A DNA stretch of 64,000 nucleotides from a virus (lineage: Duplodnaviria; Caudoviricetes). Under the pieces are notes generated by a model that ran no database searches, was not told where the DNA came from, and saw nothing but the letters and a program-made list of their open reading frames with translations. The DNA is taken from the IMG/VR virus record IMGVR_UViG_3300036762_000188; one strand, 5' to 3'. The translations under genes were made by a program, and so were the position numbers. Positions 27,386 through 35,803 of the stretch are shown piece after piece (the first letter of the stretch is position 1; every line of letters begins with the position of its first letter).

Positions 27386-29151
27386 GCAGCCACCAGAGCC
27401 TTTAACCTAACGTAAGAATTACCTAGATCTTTAAATGTATTACGGATAGAAGTGACTAGTGTAGATATCTCGTCAGAGCTAAGCCTATCGGATAGCTTAC
27501 TAGTATTCAATCTTACTAACAGTAGAGTGCGCCCTAGTTTATCAACCGCGTCTCCTATGTCAGGTATGTACTCAGATATAGTACTATCCATATCCGTGTT
27601 ACAAAGTATCTGGGCTATAATACTAGCCTGCACTACCTGAGGGTCTCCGGTGTTAACTGCAGACCTTACGGTGGCCATACCTCTGTCACGATCTTCTTTG
27701 TTACCAGTCACTGCTACTGATGGCTGTGGAGTAGCTCCGTACGATACTATAGGTGATGGTGATGTAGAATTAGGTCCTATACCTGCCATTTTAATCATAG
27801 TGATACCTTTAGAGCGTACACTATCCATTAAAGAACGGGCTTGATCAACCGGCATAGCCCAGCGTACTACACTATGCTCCATCATCTTGACTTCAGGACC
27901 TATCTCTTTACCATCAACAGCGAATACACCATCACGATGCATTATAGTTGCAGAGTATGGCAGTACCATATTCTCTAATCTGTTATGGTTAAATTGAGCC
28001 TTGTTAATATCAGACTCTAAGTCCTGTATGTAATCGCCCTTTACTAATACAGCAGCGGCAGTGGATCCTAGATATACAGTATCTCCTATACGCTCATACA
28101 AGGTCTTGATATCCGGAGAACAGACTATAGTATAATCCATACTAACTATACGCACCCCGCGGTTAGTCAGAGTTACCTCGACAACGTCCATGGGGGATAG
28201 GTAGCGCAATCCCGTGAAGGGTACTATACGCTGCCCTCTTACAACTCTATCTAGCGGTACTATAGTATTTCGGCTAAGTACGTCTGGACTCTCAGTACGA
28301 GCGTAGCATACGAATTTATGGAGGTCTCCGCAGGATACACGTCCGTCTTCAGATAAGTATGCTGATTTATAACCCCTTTCCATGGGTAAGCGCATTACAC
28401 CTAAGCCACGACCTTCTATATCTACTGCTATAGTGGAATCGCCTTCGATCATAGCCTGGCTATAAGTAAACTCATCACGATCTTGGGATTCTACCATTAC
28501 TACAGGTATAGTACAGGGATGGATTACAGTGTAACCGTTAGCCAGAACTTCCTGCTTCTGCTCTTCAGACAGATCGCCTTCACTTACTACTTTAGGTATA
28601 GGCTTAGCGTCTGGAGTAAACTCCATATCATCTTTACCTAGAGCTTCTTTAAGATCTTCCACATCCAGGAACTCTGATAGTTCATGGAGGGTATCCTCTG
28701 ATATACCAGCGGATATGTACTGGCGCATACTAGGTGGTAGTGCATCTATAAGTGAGGTTAGACGACTAGACGCGTATACGAACTTACCAGTGCGTGGTGG
28801 TACCACAGCTTCTAGAAGTGACGGATTCTTCTCTACACCTATAGGCGTATCCACGGCGCATCCCAGAGAGAAGTCCTCGTCTAGTACCTTACGGATTACG
28901 TCTTTAGACACGGGTAGGAATTTAGTACCATCATTCTCATACATAATACACTCTATAGGGAATACTACAGTGCCCTGTCCGATAACAGGTATGTACATAA
29001 TGCTGTTCTTAACTTTAACCGTGAAGATACCCATATGGGTATCGGTATCTTCCGGTGATTCATCGGATACATCTGCGAAGGTAGTCACATATTGACTAAG
29101 CTCTGGCAGTTGTTCACTTAAGCGCTTAGTGGCTATAGTAGTGAAGTTCAT
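27382..29151 (-). CDS. Large putative head protein
   Basis: 589 aa, first gene after a class B motif; IKMAG site. Confidence 0.55.
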   Translation of the reverse strand: MNFTTIATKRLSEQLPELSQYVTTFADVSDESPEDTDTHMGIFTVKVKNSIMYIPVIGQGTVVFPIECIMYENDGTKFLPVSKDVIRKVLDEDFSLGCAVDTPIGVEKNPSLLEAVVPPRTGKFVYASSRLTSLIDALPPSMRQYISAGISEDTLHELSEFLDVEDLKEALGKDDMEFTPDAKPIPKVVSEGDLSEEQKQEVLANGYTVIHPCTIPVVMVESQDRDEFTYSQAMIEGDSTIAVDIEGRGLGVMRLPMERGYKSAYLSEDGRVSCGDLHKFVCYARTESPDVLSRNTIVPLDRVVRGQRIVPFTGLRYLSPMDVVEVTLTNRGVRIVSMDYTIVCSPDIKTLYERIGDTVYLGSTAAAVLVKGDYIQDLESDINKAQFNHNRLENMVLPYSATIMHRDGVFAVDGKEIGPEVKMMEHSVVRWAMPVDQARSLMDSVRSKGITMIKMAGIGPNSTSPSPIVSYGATPQPSVAVTGNKEDRDRGMATVRSAVNTGDPQVVQASIIAQILCNTDMDSTISEYIPDIGDAVDKLGRTLLLVRLNTSKLSDRLSSDEISTLVTSIRNTFKDLGNSYVRLKALVAA

Positions 29152-29174
29152 AGTTTTCTCCTGTTAACTGAATA

Positions 29175-29181
29175 TATTTTA
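29175..29181 (-). promoter_or_regulatory. Class B promoter motif TAAAATA
   Basis: About 24 nt upstream of 29151; overlaps the stop codon of the RNAP beta'-C gene. Confidence 0.55.
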
Positions 29182-30990
29182 GTACTTACCATCTGCACCA
29201 TCCCCGAAGTTACGACCCATAATATAAGCCGCTATAGGATCTGTAGAAGATATCTCCGCAGAATGTCCTTCAGCTACACCAGTCTTTAGAGTACGCGCCT
29301 GGTGGCCCAATGTTAATTTAGAAATCCAATTATCATCGTAGAATTTGACAGATTTAAGACCTGGCACTATAGCCTCTGTGGTAAGACCCGATTTACTGAT
29401 CTTAACTTCCTTGACGCCGTGATTAAGTAAGTACTCTATATGGTTATTATCCATCACAGTACCTGGTGTTAACTGCAGGTACTGCTGTGCTAACTTACTA
29501 CCTATAGAGTTCTTAACGTCTACAGTGGCAGTGTCTTTAGTCAAAGCATCTTGTATAGCATTTACCGTAAGTACCTGTCCTGATAGATAATCCGTGTCAC
29601 CCGGGTTTTTAACTCGCACGTGCTTGATTACATTCTTGGCTACTATTTCAAAATGTCTTTTATCTAAAAAGTTACCAGAATCCTCGTAGATGCGGTTCAT
29701 CTCCTCTGATATGTATTTACGCCCGTCACCGGTACCGCGTAAAGATACTAACTCACGAGGATCCGTAGTACCGCCAGATAACTGGTCGCCGATACGTATA
29801 GTGTCTCCTACACTAACTCTTAGGCCTCTAGTGCGCGGTACGAAGTGCTCTACTCCGTTAACGAATACCTTGTTATCTTTAAGAGAAGTCTCGGTTATAT
29901 CATTGACGGTGCCATCTACTTTGGATATAGTCGCCTTATCCAAAAACTTCTGAGGGTTAGTAAGCAGGTTACTGACTAGGTCGAACGGGTTTGACTTCTT
30001 ACCAGCCTTAGCATCATGCTTAGTACCTAGTACCATCTGAGTCAGTACTTCTGATACAGACTGAGACGCTATCACACCGACGTTCTCTCCTATATCAGGA
30101 AGATGTCCCCGGGAATCTAATCCGTAGCACTTCTGACACACACCGTCTTTAATCGTACAGGTCATAGGAGAGCGTACTACAACAGTCTTCTTACTACCCT
30201 TAAGATCGCTCCAACGCGCCTCATCTATTAATACGTTAGTACCAGCTTCATATCTACCTATGATACCACGCTTATCATCTATCTTAACAGGTATACCATT
30301 GGAAGTACCACAGTCATGAGTGATAACCACCTCTCTCATAAGATTAGGAGTGATCTGCTTAAACATATCTCCAGGCTTAGATGTAGCTAACTGTGCCGCT
30401 ACAGTATTACCCCTACCCCAATAACTCATAGCCAGCTGCTGTGCTGGAGTAAGTCCCTCACTATAAGATTTAGTGATAGGTAGTGGTATAGGAGTCTTAT
30501 CTATACGCTTGGATATTAACGGAGTGGACGTACCCTGCATTAATTGGTTAGGGTTACCACGAGCTCCTGTCTGTGCCATCAAAGCTGCTGTACTACCGTT
30601 ATTAAGTAAATGACTTAAGTTCTGTGTATTTAGCAGTTTCTCATAGTCATGAGTTATCTCGTTAATACGGTCATCTTTCTTAGAGCGTTCCATGTCTGAG
30701 GATTCTACTCCGTCTATCTTGGAACTGAATTCCTTAATAAGTGCTGCGCGATCTTCTGAGTCGTTCAAGTAGTCTGCTAGAGGTGTAGAGAACCCGTTTA
30801 CAGTAGCTTGATGAAAAAACTCTTTAGATATGTTAGATATAGTTGTACCAGCGTCTTTACCACCGTGGGTGATGATAGATGCCATCAAGTCCTTAACACC
30901 GCCTTTGTCTAACTCTACCTTAGGATCGTAGTAAGGCTTAACTGAATCAGGCAGCATATGCTTGATCTTTATAGATCCTGCAGTAATCAT
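29179..30990 (-). CDS. Phage RNA polymerase beta'-like subunit, C-terminal half
   Basis: TGARGN, SYSEGL, bridge-helix-like ATSKPG, DCGT, RSPMTC, VCQKCYG, trigger loop GENVGVIASQSVSEVLTQMVLGTKH, DKRHFEIV. Confidence 0.9.
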   Translation of the reverse strand: MITAGSIKIKHMLPDSVKPYYDPKVELDKGGVKDLMASIITHGGKDAGTTISNISKEFFHQATVNGFSTPLADYLNDSEDRAALIKEFSSKIDGVESSDMERSKKDDRINEITHDYEKLLNTQNLSHLLNNGSTAALMAQTGARGNPNQLMQGTSTPLISKRIDKTPIPLPITKSYSEGLTPAQQLAMSYWGRGNTVAAQLATSKPGDMFKQITPNLMREVVITHDCGTSNGIPVKIDDKRGIIGRYEAGTNVLIDEARWSDLKGSKKTVVVRSPMTCTIKDGVCQKCYGLDSRGHLPDIGENVGVIASQSVSEVLTQMVLGTKHDAKAGKKSNPFDLVSNLLTNPQKFLDKATISKVDGTVNDITETSLKDNKVFVNGVEHFVPRTRGLRVSVGDTIRIGDQLSGGTTDPRELVSLRGTGDGRKYISEEMNRIYEDSGNFLDKRHFEIVAKNVIKHVRVKNPGDTDYLSGQVLTVNAIQDALTKDTATVDVKNSIGSKLAQQYLQLTPGTVMDNNHIEYLLNHGVKEVKISKSGLTTEAIVPGLKSVKFYDDNWISKLTLGHQARTLKTGVAEGHSAEISSTDPIAAYIMGRNFGDGADGKY

Positions 30991-31175
30991 GTATCCCTCC
31001 TAGGGGCACCTGTAGGTTTAAAATTTACGGGCATACCTTTCCTGGCTACAAAAGCCCTGCCAGTGCCCTTCTTTACGTCTACGCCTTTACGTGTTAATAA
31101 GCGTGCCGGTTTATGTACTTGCATAGTCTGGTCTGCGTATGATCCAGATGCTCTTATCTTAGATATCAAGCTCAT
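30987..31175 (-). CDS. Small basic late protein
   Basis: 62 aa, Lys/Arg-rich, overlaps both neighbours by 4 nt. Confidence 0.55.
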   Translation of the reverse strand: MSLISKIRASGSYADQTMQVHKPARLLTRKGVDVKKGTGRAFVARKGMPVNFKPTGAPRRDT

Positions 31176-31345
31176 ACTCGTCTGTTCCTAGACTCTCTCC
31201 ATAGCTTAGATACTATAAATCTCTTAAAAGCGTTCTTACTGACCCCATGGTTTACCACTACACCTACAGCGGGGCGTAGCTCATCGTACACGTCTGCTTG
31301 TTTAAGCATACGTGCCTTAGAGGCAAGCTCTTCTATCCTATTCAT
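31172..31345 (-). CDS. Small late protein (57 aa)
   Basis: AAGGAG RBS; MNRIEELASKARMLKQADVY...; not in the ORF track. Confidence 0.6.
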   Translation of the reverse strand: MNRIEELASKARMLKQADVYDELRPAVGVVVNHGVSKNAFKRFIVSKLWRESRNRRV

Positions 31346-31374
31346 AACCCACTCCTTTGGCTATCTATAATAGG

Positions 31375-31381
31375 TATTTTA
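31375..31381 (-). promoter_or_regulatory. Class B promoter motif TAAAATA
   Basis: About 30 nt upstream of 31345; heads the operon containing the beta'-C gene. Confidence 0.55.
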
Positions 31382-31455
31382 GTGTAGGTGTGTAATAACA
31401 TCGCTTTGCATAAGCATCCTATACACTTCTTAAAGTACATTAGCTATGGTATTTT

Positions 31456-31466
31456 GGTTATAAGTA
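31456..31466 (+). promoter_or_regulatory. Class A promoter motif
   Basis: GGTTATAAGTA about 26 nt before ATG 31493. Confidence 0.65.
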
Positions 31467-31492
31467 CTATGTACATAAATTAGGAGTATACC

Positions 31493-31828
31493 ATGAATAA
31501 AGTAACACTGTTAAAAGAAGCCGTCTCTTTGCTAGAGGAACTTCAGGCCCAAGTGGCTGATTACGACCGTACTATTGAGTTGTTAATATCTGAGGGTAAG
31601 GAGGTAGAGAATAAGATCAATACTCTTAGCAGTACTCTACCTAAAGTCATACGAAAGAGCACTAAGTTGAGCCCTTCACAGTTAACCTCTTCAAAAGAGA
31701 GGGAGGGGTTGCTTGTGAGTAAGGTGGTATGGGATGCTCACTTAAAAATGTGTATGGAAGAACGCGTTACGTGTATAGATATGCACGACCGTGTCTATAC
31801 ACTAGCTGTAGTGAAATGCTGCTACTAG
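31493..31828 (+). CDS. Hypothetical coiled-coil protein
   Basis: AGGAG RBS, own promoter motif and terminator. Confidence 0.7.
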   Translation: MNKVTLLKEAVSLLEELQAQVADYDRTIELLISEGKEVENKINTLSSTLPKVIRKSTKLSPSQLTSSKEREGLLVSKVVWDAHLKMCMEERVTCIDMHDRVYTLAVVKCCY

Positions 31829-31843
31829 TGTGTGGATATTATA

Positions 31844-31869
31844 AGGGTTGATTCGTCAACCCTATTTTT
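31844..31869 (+). terminator. Intrinsic terminator
   Basis: AGGGTTGA-TTCG-TCAACCCT-ATTTTT. Confidence 0.75.
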
Positions 31870-31902
31870 AAACCTGTACAATTTTATAGTCGGAGACGTA
31901 TT

Positions 31903-32766
31903 ATGTTAAGTGAGAAACTTGAAAAACTGTTTACGCACTGTACCGCACCTTTAACAGTGTTAGATCAGTACATTAAGAAGGGGCTGTCTGGTCAAGGATG
32001 GGGCCCTATAGAGGGGGTGGATGACTATTATATAAAACAGGTGGAGGCAGCGGTAACGCTATACCGTGTGGATTTGGAAAAAAGTACTTCAATATGTATA
32101 AGATTCCATAATGATAGTGCTAATATCATAGGGATTCGTAACAAACTTATAAGGAGTGGTCTCTCCAAAAGTACTAGTGACTCGCTAGTATCCGGTGCAT
32201 TGGAGAATGACGAGTGGGCCAATTTACTTACAGTGTGCGATACCCTGGGGATAGATACTGATGAACTAATGAAGGGTTATGAGGAGAATCCTATACATGA
32301 GTTTCAGTACGACATCGAACCTTCAAGTGATGAATTCGAGGAATTTTCAAAGAATGTAATACCTTCTTTGAATATGCCGGTGGAAGAGGCGATCATCCTC
32401 TTGAAGAGGGCAGTTGAAGAGGATGACCTAGAAACATGGAAAATCCTAGTGGATAACGGAGGACCGCTACTCGAAAAGTTTCGCATGATTATACAGGTGG
32501 CACGCGAGTACTACAATTGTGAAATAAATCTGTACAATGGTAGACTTCCTGATATCAAAGGACTAGATGATATTATAACGTCTATGATAAGACCGACTCT
32601 AGGATCCTCAATAACGGAGACTATGTTAGAGAAAGCTATTTACCATGGAGATGTTGGTATAATAGAACCCCTGTGCACTATGGCAGGAGTGGACTCGGCA
32701 CTACGAGCACACATCCTAGGACGGGTTTCAGATAACAAACCTGACGTAGTCTTGAAGCTGAAATAG
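31903..32766 (+). CDS. Hypothetical protein, paralog of 33165-34031
   Basis: Shared KKG..G.GW, W.NL...CD.LGI, NP..E..YDI.P and W.ILVD.GG.LL motifs. Confidence 0.75.
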   Translation: MLSEKLEKLFTHCTAPLTVLDQYIKKGLSGQGWGPIEGVDDYYIKQVEAAVTLYRVDLEKSTSICIRFHNDSANIIGIRNKLIRSGLSKSTSDSLVSGALENDEWANLLTVCDTLGIDTDELMKGYEENPIHEFQYDIEPSSDEFEEFSKNVIPSLNMPVEEAIILLKRAVEEDDLETWKILVDNGGPLLEKFRMIIQVAREYYNCEINLYNGRLPDIKGLDDIITSMIRPTLGSSITETMLEKAIYHGDVGIIEPLCTMAGVDSALRAHILGRVSDNKPDVVLKLK

Positions 32767-32794
32767 CATCGAATGGGGGCTTAGGCCCTCATTC

Positions 32795-33147
32795 TGTTAC
32801 AAAAGCCTTAAGAAATGTAACACGTTTGTAACACCCTAATTCCAGTAATGACGCGGCTTTTTTTAGATTTGTTACAAAAAAACATTGTTACATAAAATAA
32901 TACACATACTATGAGAGAGAGAGGGAGAGGGAGGAATGTATATATAAATACACTATATAAGAAAAGTGTGTTTTTATATATAGGCCTCTCCCTCTCTCAT
33001 AGTATGTGTGTGTTCCAGTGTTTCTGTGTTTTCTGTAACGACTCCTCCTCAACCCGCATAGAAGCTAGGATCCGGCGTTACACGGGTGTTACAGGATTAT
33101 GTTTTAATAACATCTATGTTATTTAATGTTATAAGTACTTTAGTACA
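32795..33147. repeat. 353-bp dispersed direct repeat, copy 1 (palindromic, TGTTAC/GTAACA iterons; candidate origin)
   Basis: Near-identical to 55049-55401; 18-bp perfect inverted arms at 32902-32919 and 32992-33009. Confidence 0.9.
33127..33137 (+). promoter_or_regulatory. Class A promoter motif
   Basis: TGTTATAAGTA at the right end of the repeat. Confidence 0.65.
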
Positions 33148-33164
33148 TTAACTAGGAGTATAGT

Positions 33165-34031
33165 ATGAACAAATTAGCTGAGCTAATCCAAGAAGCCTTA
33201 GAAAATTGTGAATCCGTAGACGAACTTGATGAAGCGCTTAAGAAGGGGTTTGCAGGGGACGGCTGGGACGACGTACCGGGAGTAGACCCTGTTACGATGA
33301 AAGAGTTATCACTAGCGGTTTTAGCTGACCGCCTGTGCACACGTAGTACGAAGGAGATGTGTATTAAATTCGGGAGTAACACCCCGGCTATAGACGCTGT
33401 TTTAAATGGTATGGCGGCGGCAGGTCTAAGTCCAACGGAGTGCAACGAGCTGTTAGGTACGGCACTAAAGGATTCCAGCTGGGTTAACCTCCGCGTTATA
33501 TGTGATGGGCTGGGGATTAGTGGACTGGATGCTATGATAGCTAGCTTAGAGGCTAACCCTTTAAGAGAGCTATCATATGATATCACTCCCGTTACTAATG
33601 GGTTAGATAGATTTGTTAAAGGTATAATACCTGCAGTGGGTCTACCTATATCCCAGGTAGAGCCTTTGTTACACGCTGCGGTAGCTGGTGACGAGAGCGC
33701 CTGGCAGATACTAGTAGATAAAGGAGGGGAGCTTCTCTCTGACTTCAAATATTTAGTATCCAATATGAAATTGCAGGTATCTGGCTCCCTGAGCCTATAT
33801 GATGGCGTAGTACCATCCCTGGATGATCTTGATGAATTACTCCTTGCCCTTATAGACCATGAAGTACCCCCTGAGACAATATCAGGATTAATTAGTCTAA
33901 TGGCTATTACCGGTAGTATGTCCGAGGTAGAGTCGTTATGCGCGGCCTTAGGGATAGACGGCGGGGTAGTTCGGATAGCCGAGCGTTGGGTCGCGGGTAA
34001 CCGTCCCGCTATAACTCTTAATATACAGTAG
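33165..34031 (+). CDS. Hypothetical protein, paralog of 31903-32766
   Basis: 288 aa, colinear similarity along its length. Confidence 0.75.
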   Translation: MNKLAELIQEALENCESVDELDEALKKGFAGDGWDDVPGVDPVTMKELSLAVLADRLCTRSTKEMCIKFGSNTPAIDAVLNGMAAAGLSPTECNELLGTALKDSSWVNLRVICDGLGISGLDAMIASLEANPLRELSYDITPVTNGLDRFVKGIIPAVGLPISQVEPLLHAAVAGDESAWQILVDKGGELLSDFKYLVSNMKLQVSGSLSLYDGVVPSLDDLDELLLALIDHEVPPETISGLISLMAITGSMSEVESLCAALGIDGGVVRIAERWVAGNRPAITLNIQ

Positions 34032-34073
34032 TGCTACATTAGCGCCGGCCTACGGGCCGGTTAGGATATTATA

Positions 34074-34529
34074 ATGACTGTAGAAAAGTGTTTTGAAAGA
34101 ATACTGATTGATATAGCGTCTGGAGACACTATCGTGTCTCTAGAATCCTTCATAAACGGATACGCCGCCTTAATATTAAACGGTGATTACTCTGATCTAC
34201 AGAGTTCTCTACCATCGAGTTCATTAGACGAGGTAATAGAGTGCACATCCGGTAAGAGCCCCGCGGAGATACATAGTGAGGCCGGTCCAGTGATGGATAA
34301 TGTGCTGGACATGTATCTAAGTACTAACCTAGTAGATATCGTAGGGAATTATAGACGCGAGCTAAGAGAGGTAAGCTACCAAGTGAAGAATAAAGGCCCT
34401 CTCACGGCGGCCACTCTACTCAGCAACACTAACGGGGATGATCTAGTTAATGGACTGAAGGCTAGTGTAAATGAGTACCAGGATAATATAGCATCCTTAC
34501 TAACGTCTATAAGGGCTTACAATGAGTAG
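34074..34529 (+). CDS. Hypothetical protein
   Basis: 151-aa ORF. Confidence 0.65.
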   Translation: MTVEKCFERILIDIASGDTIVSLESFINGYAALILNGDYSDLQSSLPSSSLDEVIECTSGKSPAEIHSEAGPVMDNVLDMYLSTNLVDIVGNYRRELREVSYQVKNKGPLTAATLLSNTNGDDLVNGLKASVNEYQDNIASLLTSIRAYNE

Positions 34530-34920
34530 CCCTCTAGCCGAAGTACTCCATGGGATCAGCACCTACGGAGTATCGCTTAGCAAGCTGGCGGCCGACCTCA
34601 TCATCGTGTCCGGCGGATCTCTACCCGCTGATATAGAAGATCGCTCTCTTAGACTTCAGTCGTTCTACCGGAGTATCTTAGGGGATCCACAGGATCCTCT
34701 TATAGAGGACCTATTATACCTGTATAAGTCTGGATGTATCCTGAGTAAAATCATGGCGCAGGCCGAGAACATGGTGAATTATCGAGCCGATGACGTAGCT
34801 AGCGCCTATACTCTTGCTGATGACGAACTACGCGGCTTACTAATTAAGCGTGATAAGGAGTTATTGGTAGGTACTATAAACGATATAAATGAGATGCTGG
34901 AGGAGCTGGAAAACTTGTAA
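34522..34920 (+). CDS. Hypothetical protein
   Basis: 132-aa ORF coupled to the previous gene. Confidence 0.65.
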   Translation: MSSPLAEVLHGISTYGVSLSKLAADLIIVSGGSLPADIEDRSLRLQSFYRSILGDPQDPLIEDLLYLYKSGCILSKIMAQAENMVNYRADDVASAYTLADDELRGLLIKRDKELLVGTINDINEMLEELENL

Positions 34921-34935
34921 CTTTCGACCTCCTAG

Positions 34936-34972
34936 CGGTTATAAGTATAATGTACAGACTTATAATTGGAGA
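34936..34972 (+). promoter_or_regulatory. 37-bp class A promoter plus RBS cassette (copy 1)
   Basis: CGGTTATAAGTATAATGTACAGACTTATAATTGGAGA; internal TTATAAGT/ACTTATAA inverted repeat. Confidence 0.7.
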
Positions 34973-34977
34973 GACTC

Positions 34978-35307
34978 ATGGAAAACCGAATGACGAACCG
35001 AATGGCGTACATACAACACTGCTTGATAAAGGCGGCCATAGCAAGTGGAGTATCTGAGTACGCCCTAGCTGAGCTAGTCGATCAGATGCAAACTGGGGAT
35101 TGGAGTGGGTTAGAAGGGATTAAAGGGGCAGAGGCTCAGGTGGCGAGCCTTAAGGAGTATTACGAAGACAATGGGGTCCCTTATAACTCCTTCACGTACC
35201 TGCCGACCTCTGCATCTCTGCTGAATAGAGACGAGACCCTGAAGAGAGCTGAGGGTGTAGTATCTCCTGAATTTATAGAGTCTATGAAAAGACTCTGGAA
35301 TTACTGA
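34978..35307 (+). CDS. Hypothetical protein
   Basis: ATG 34978 follows a GGAGAG RBS. Confidence 0.65.
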   Translation: MENRMTNRMAYIQHCLIKAAIASGVSEYALAELVDQMQTGDWSGLEGIKGAEAQVASLKEYYEDNGVPYNSFTYLPTSASLLNRDETLKRAEGVVSPEFIESMKRLWNY

Positions 35308-35317
35308 AGTTGTAATT

Positions 35318-35342
35318 AAAGTAGAGCCTAGCTCTACTTTTT
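35318..35342 (+). terminator. Intrinsic terminator
   Basis: AAAGTAGAGC/GCTCTACTTT stem plus T run. Confidence 0.7.
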
Positions 35343-35353
35343 AGCCTCACCAA

Positions 35354-35390
35354 CGGTTATAAGTATAATGTATAGACTTATAATTGGGGA
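35354..35390 (+). promoter_or_regulatory. 37-bp class A promoter plus RBS cassette (copy 2)
   Basis: Two mismatches relative to 34936-34972. Confidence 0.7.
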
Positions 35391-35395
35391 TAGAA

Positions 35396-35803
35396 ATGTT
35401 AAACATGCTAATGGAAGTACACCGTATCAAGGCCTCTATGGCAGTTACCTTCCCGCAGGGGGTGAACGATATGAATAAGTTCGCTCATCTCGTGATTAAC
35501 GAGGAGGTAATACCGGATCGTAAGATTCGAGATACACAGCGTAAGGTAGATGCCCTTAACCACCTGCTAGATGCGTGTAGGATTAAGAATGGGAAGGAGT
35601 TGAAGATGAGCCAGACTATGTGGGCTCATGTCAACTCGGAAAAGCCTAAGGGCTTAACTATGATACTTAGAAAATTGGTTTGTGAACACTTGGGGGTGAA
35701 GAGCCACCCAATCACTCCTAAACGGATACTCGAGCTATACGCAGAGTATCCGGAGGATCGGGTGATCTATAACGTAGCCCGAGCTATCACGCTGCTCGGG
35801 TGA
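35396..35803 (+). CDS. Hypothetical protein
   Basis: ATG 35396 after GGGGA; 3' end overlaps the RNAP gene end. Confidence 0.65.
   Translation: MLNMLMEVHRIKASMAVTFPQGVNDMNKFAHLVINEEVIPDRKIRDTQRKVDALNHLLDACRIKNGKELKMSQTMWAHVNSEKPKGLTMILRKLVCEHLGVKSHPITPKRILELYAEYPEDRVIYNVARAITLLG

Noticed and set aside
32911-33126. 71-aa ORF here and its twin at 55165-55380
   Set aside because: Both lie within the palindromic repeat, lack an RBS and encode low-complexity sequence dictated by the palindrome; probably non-coding.
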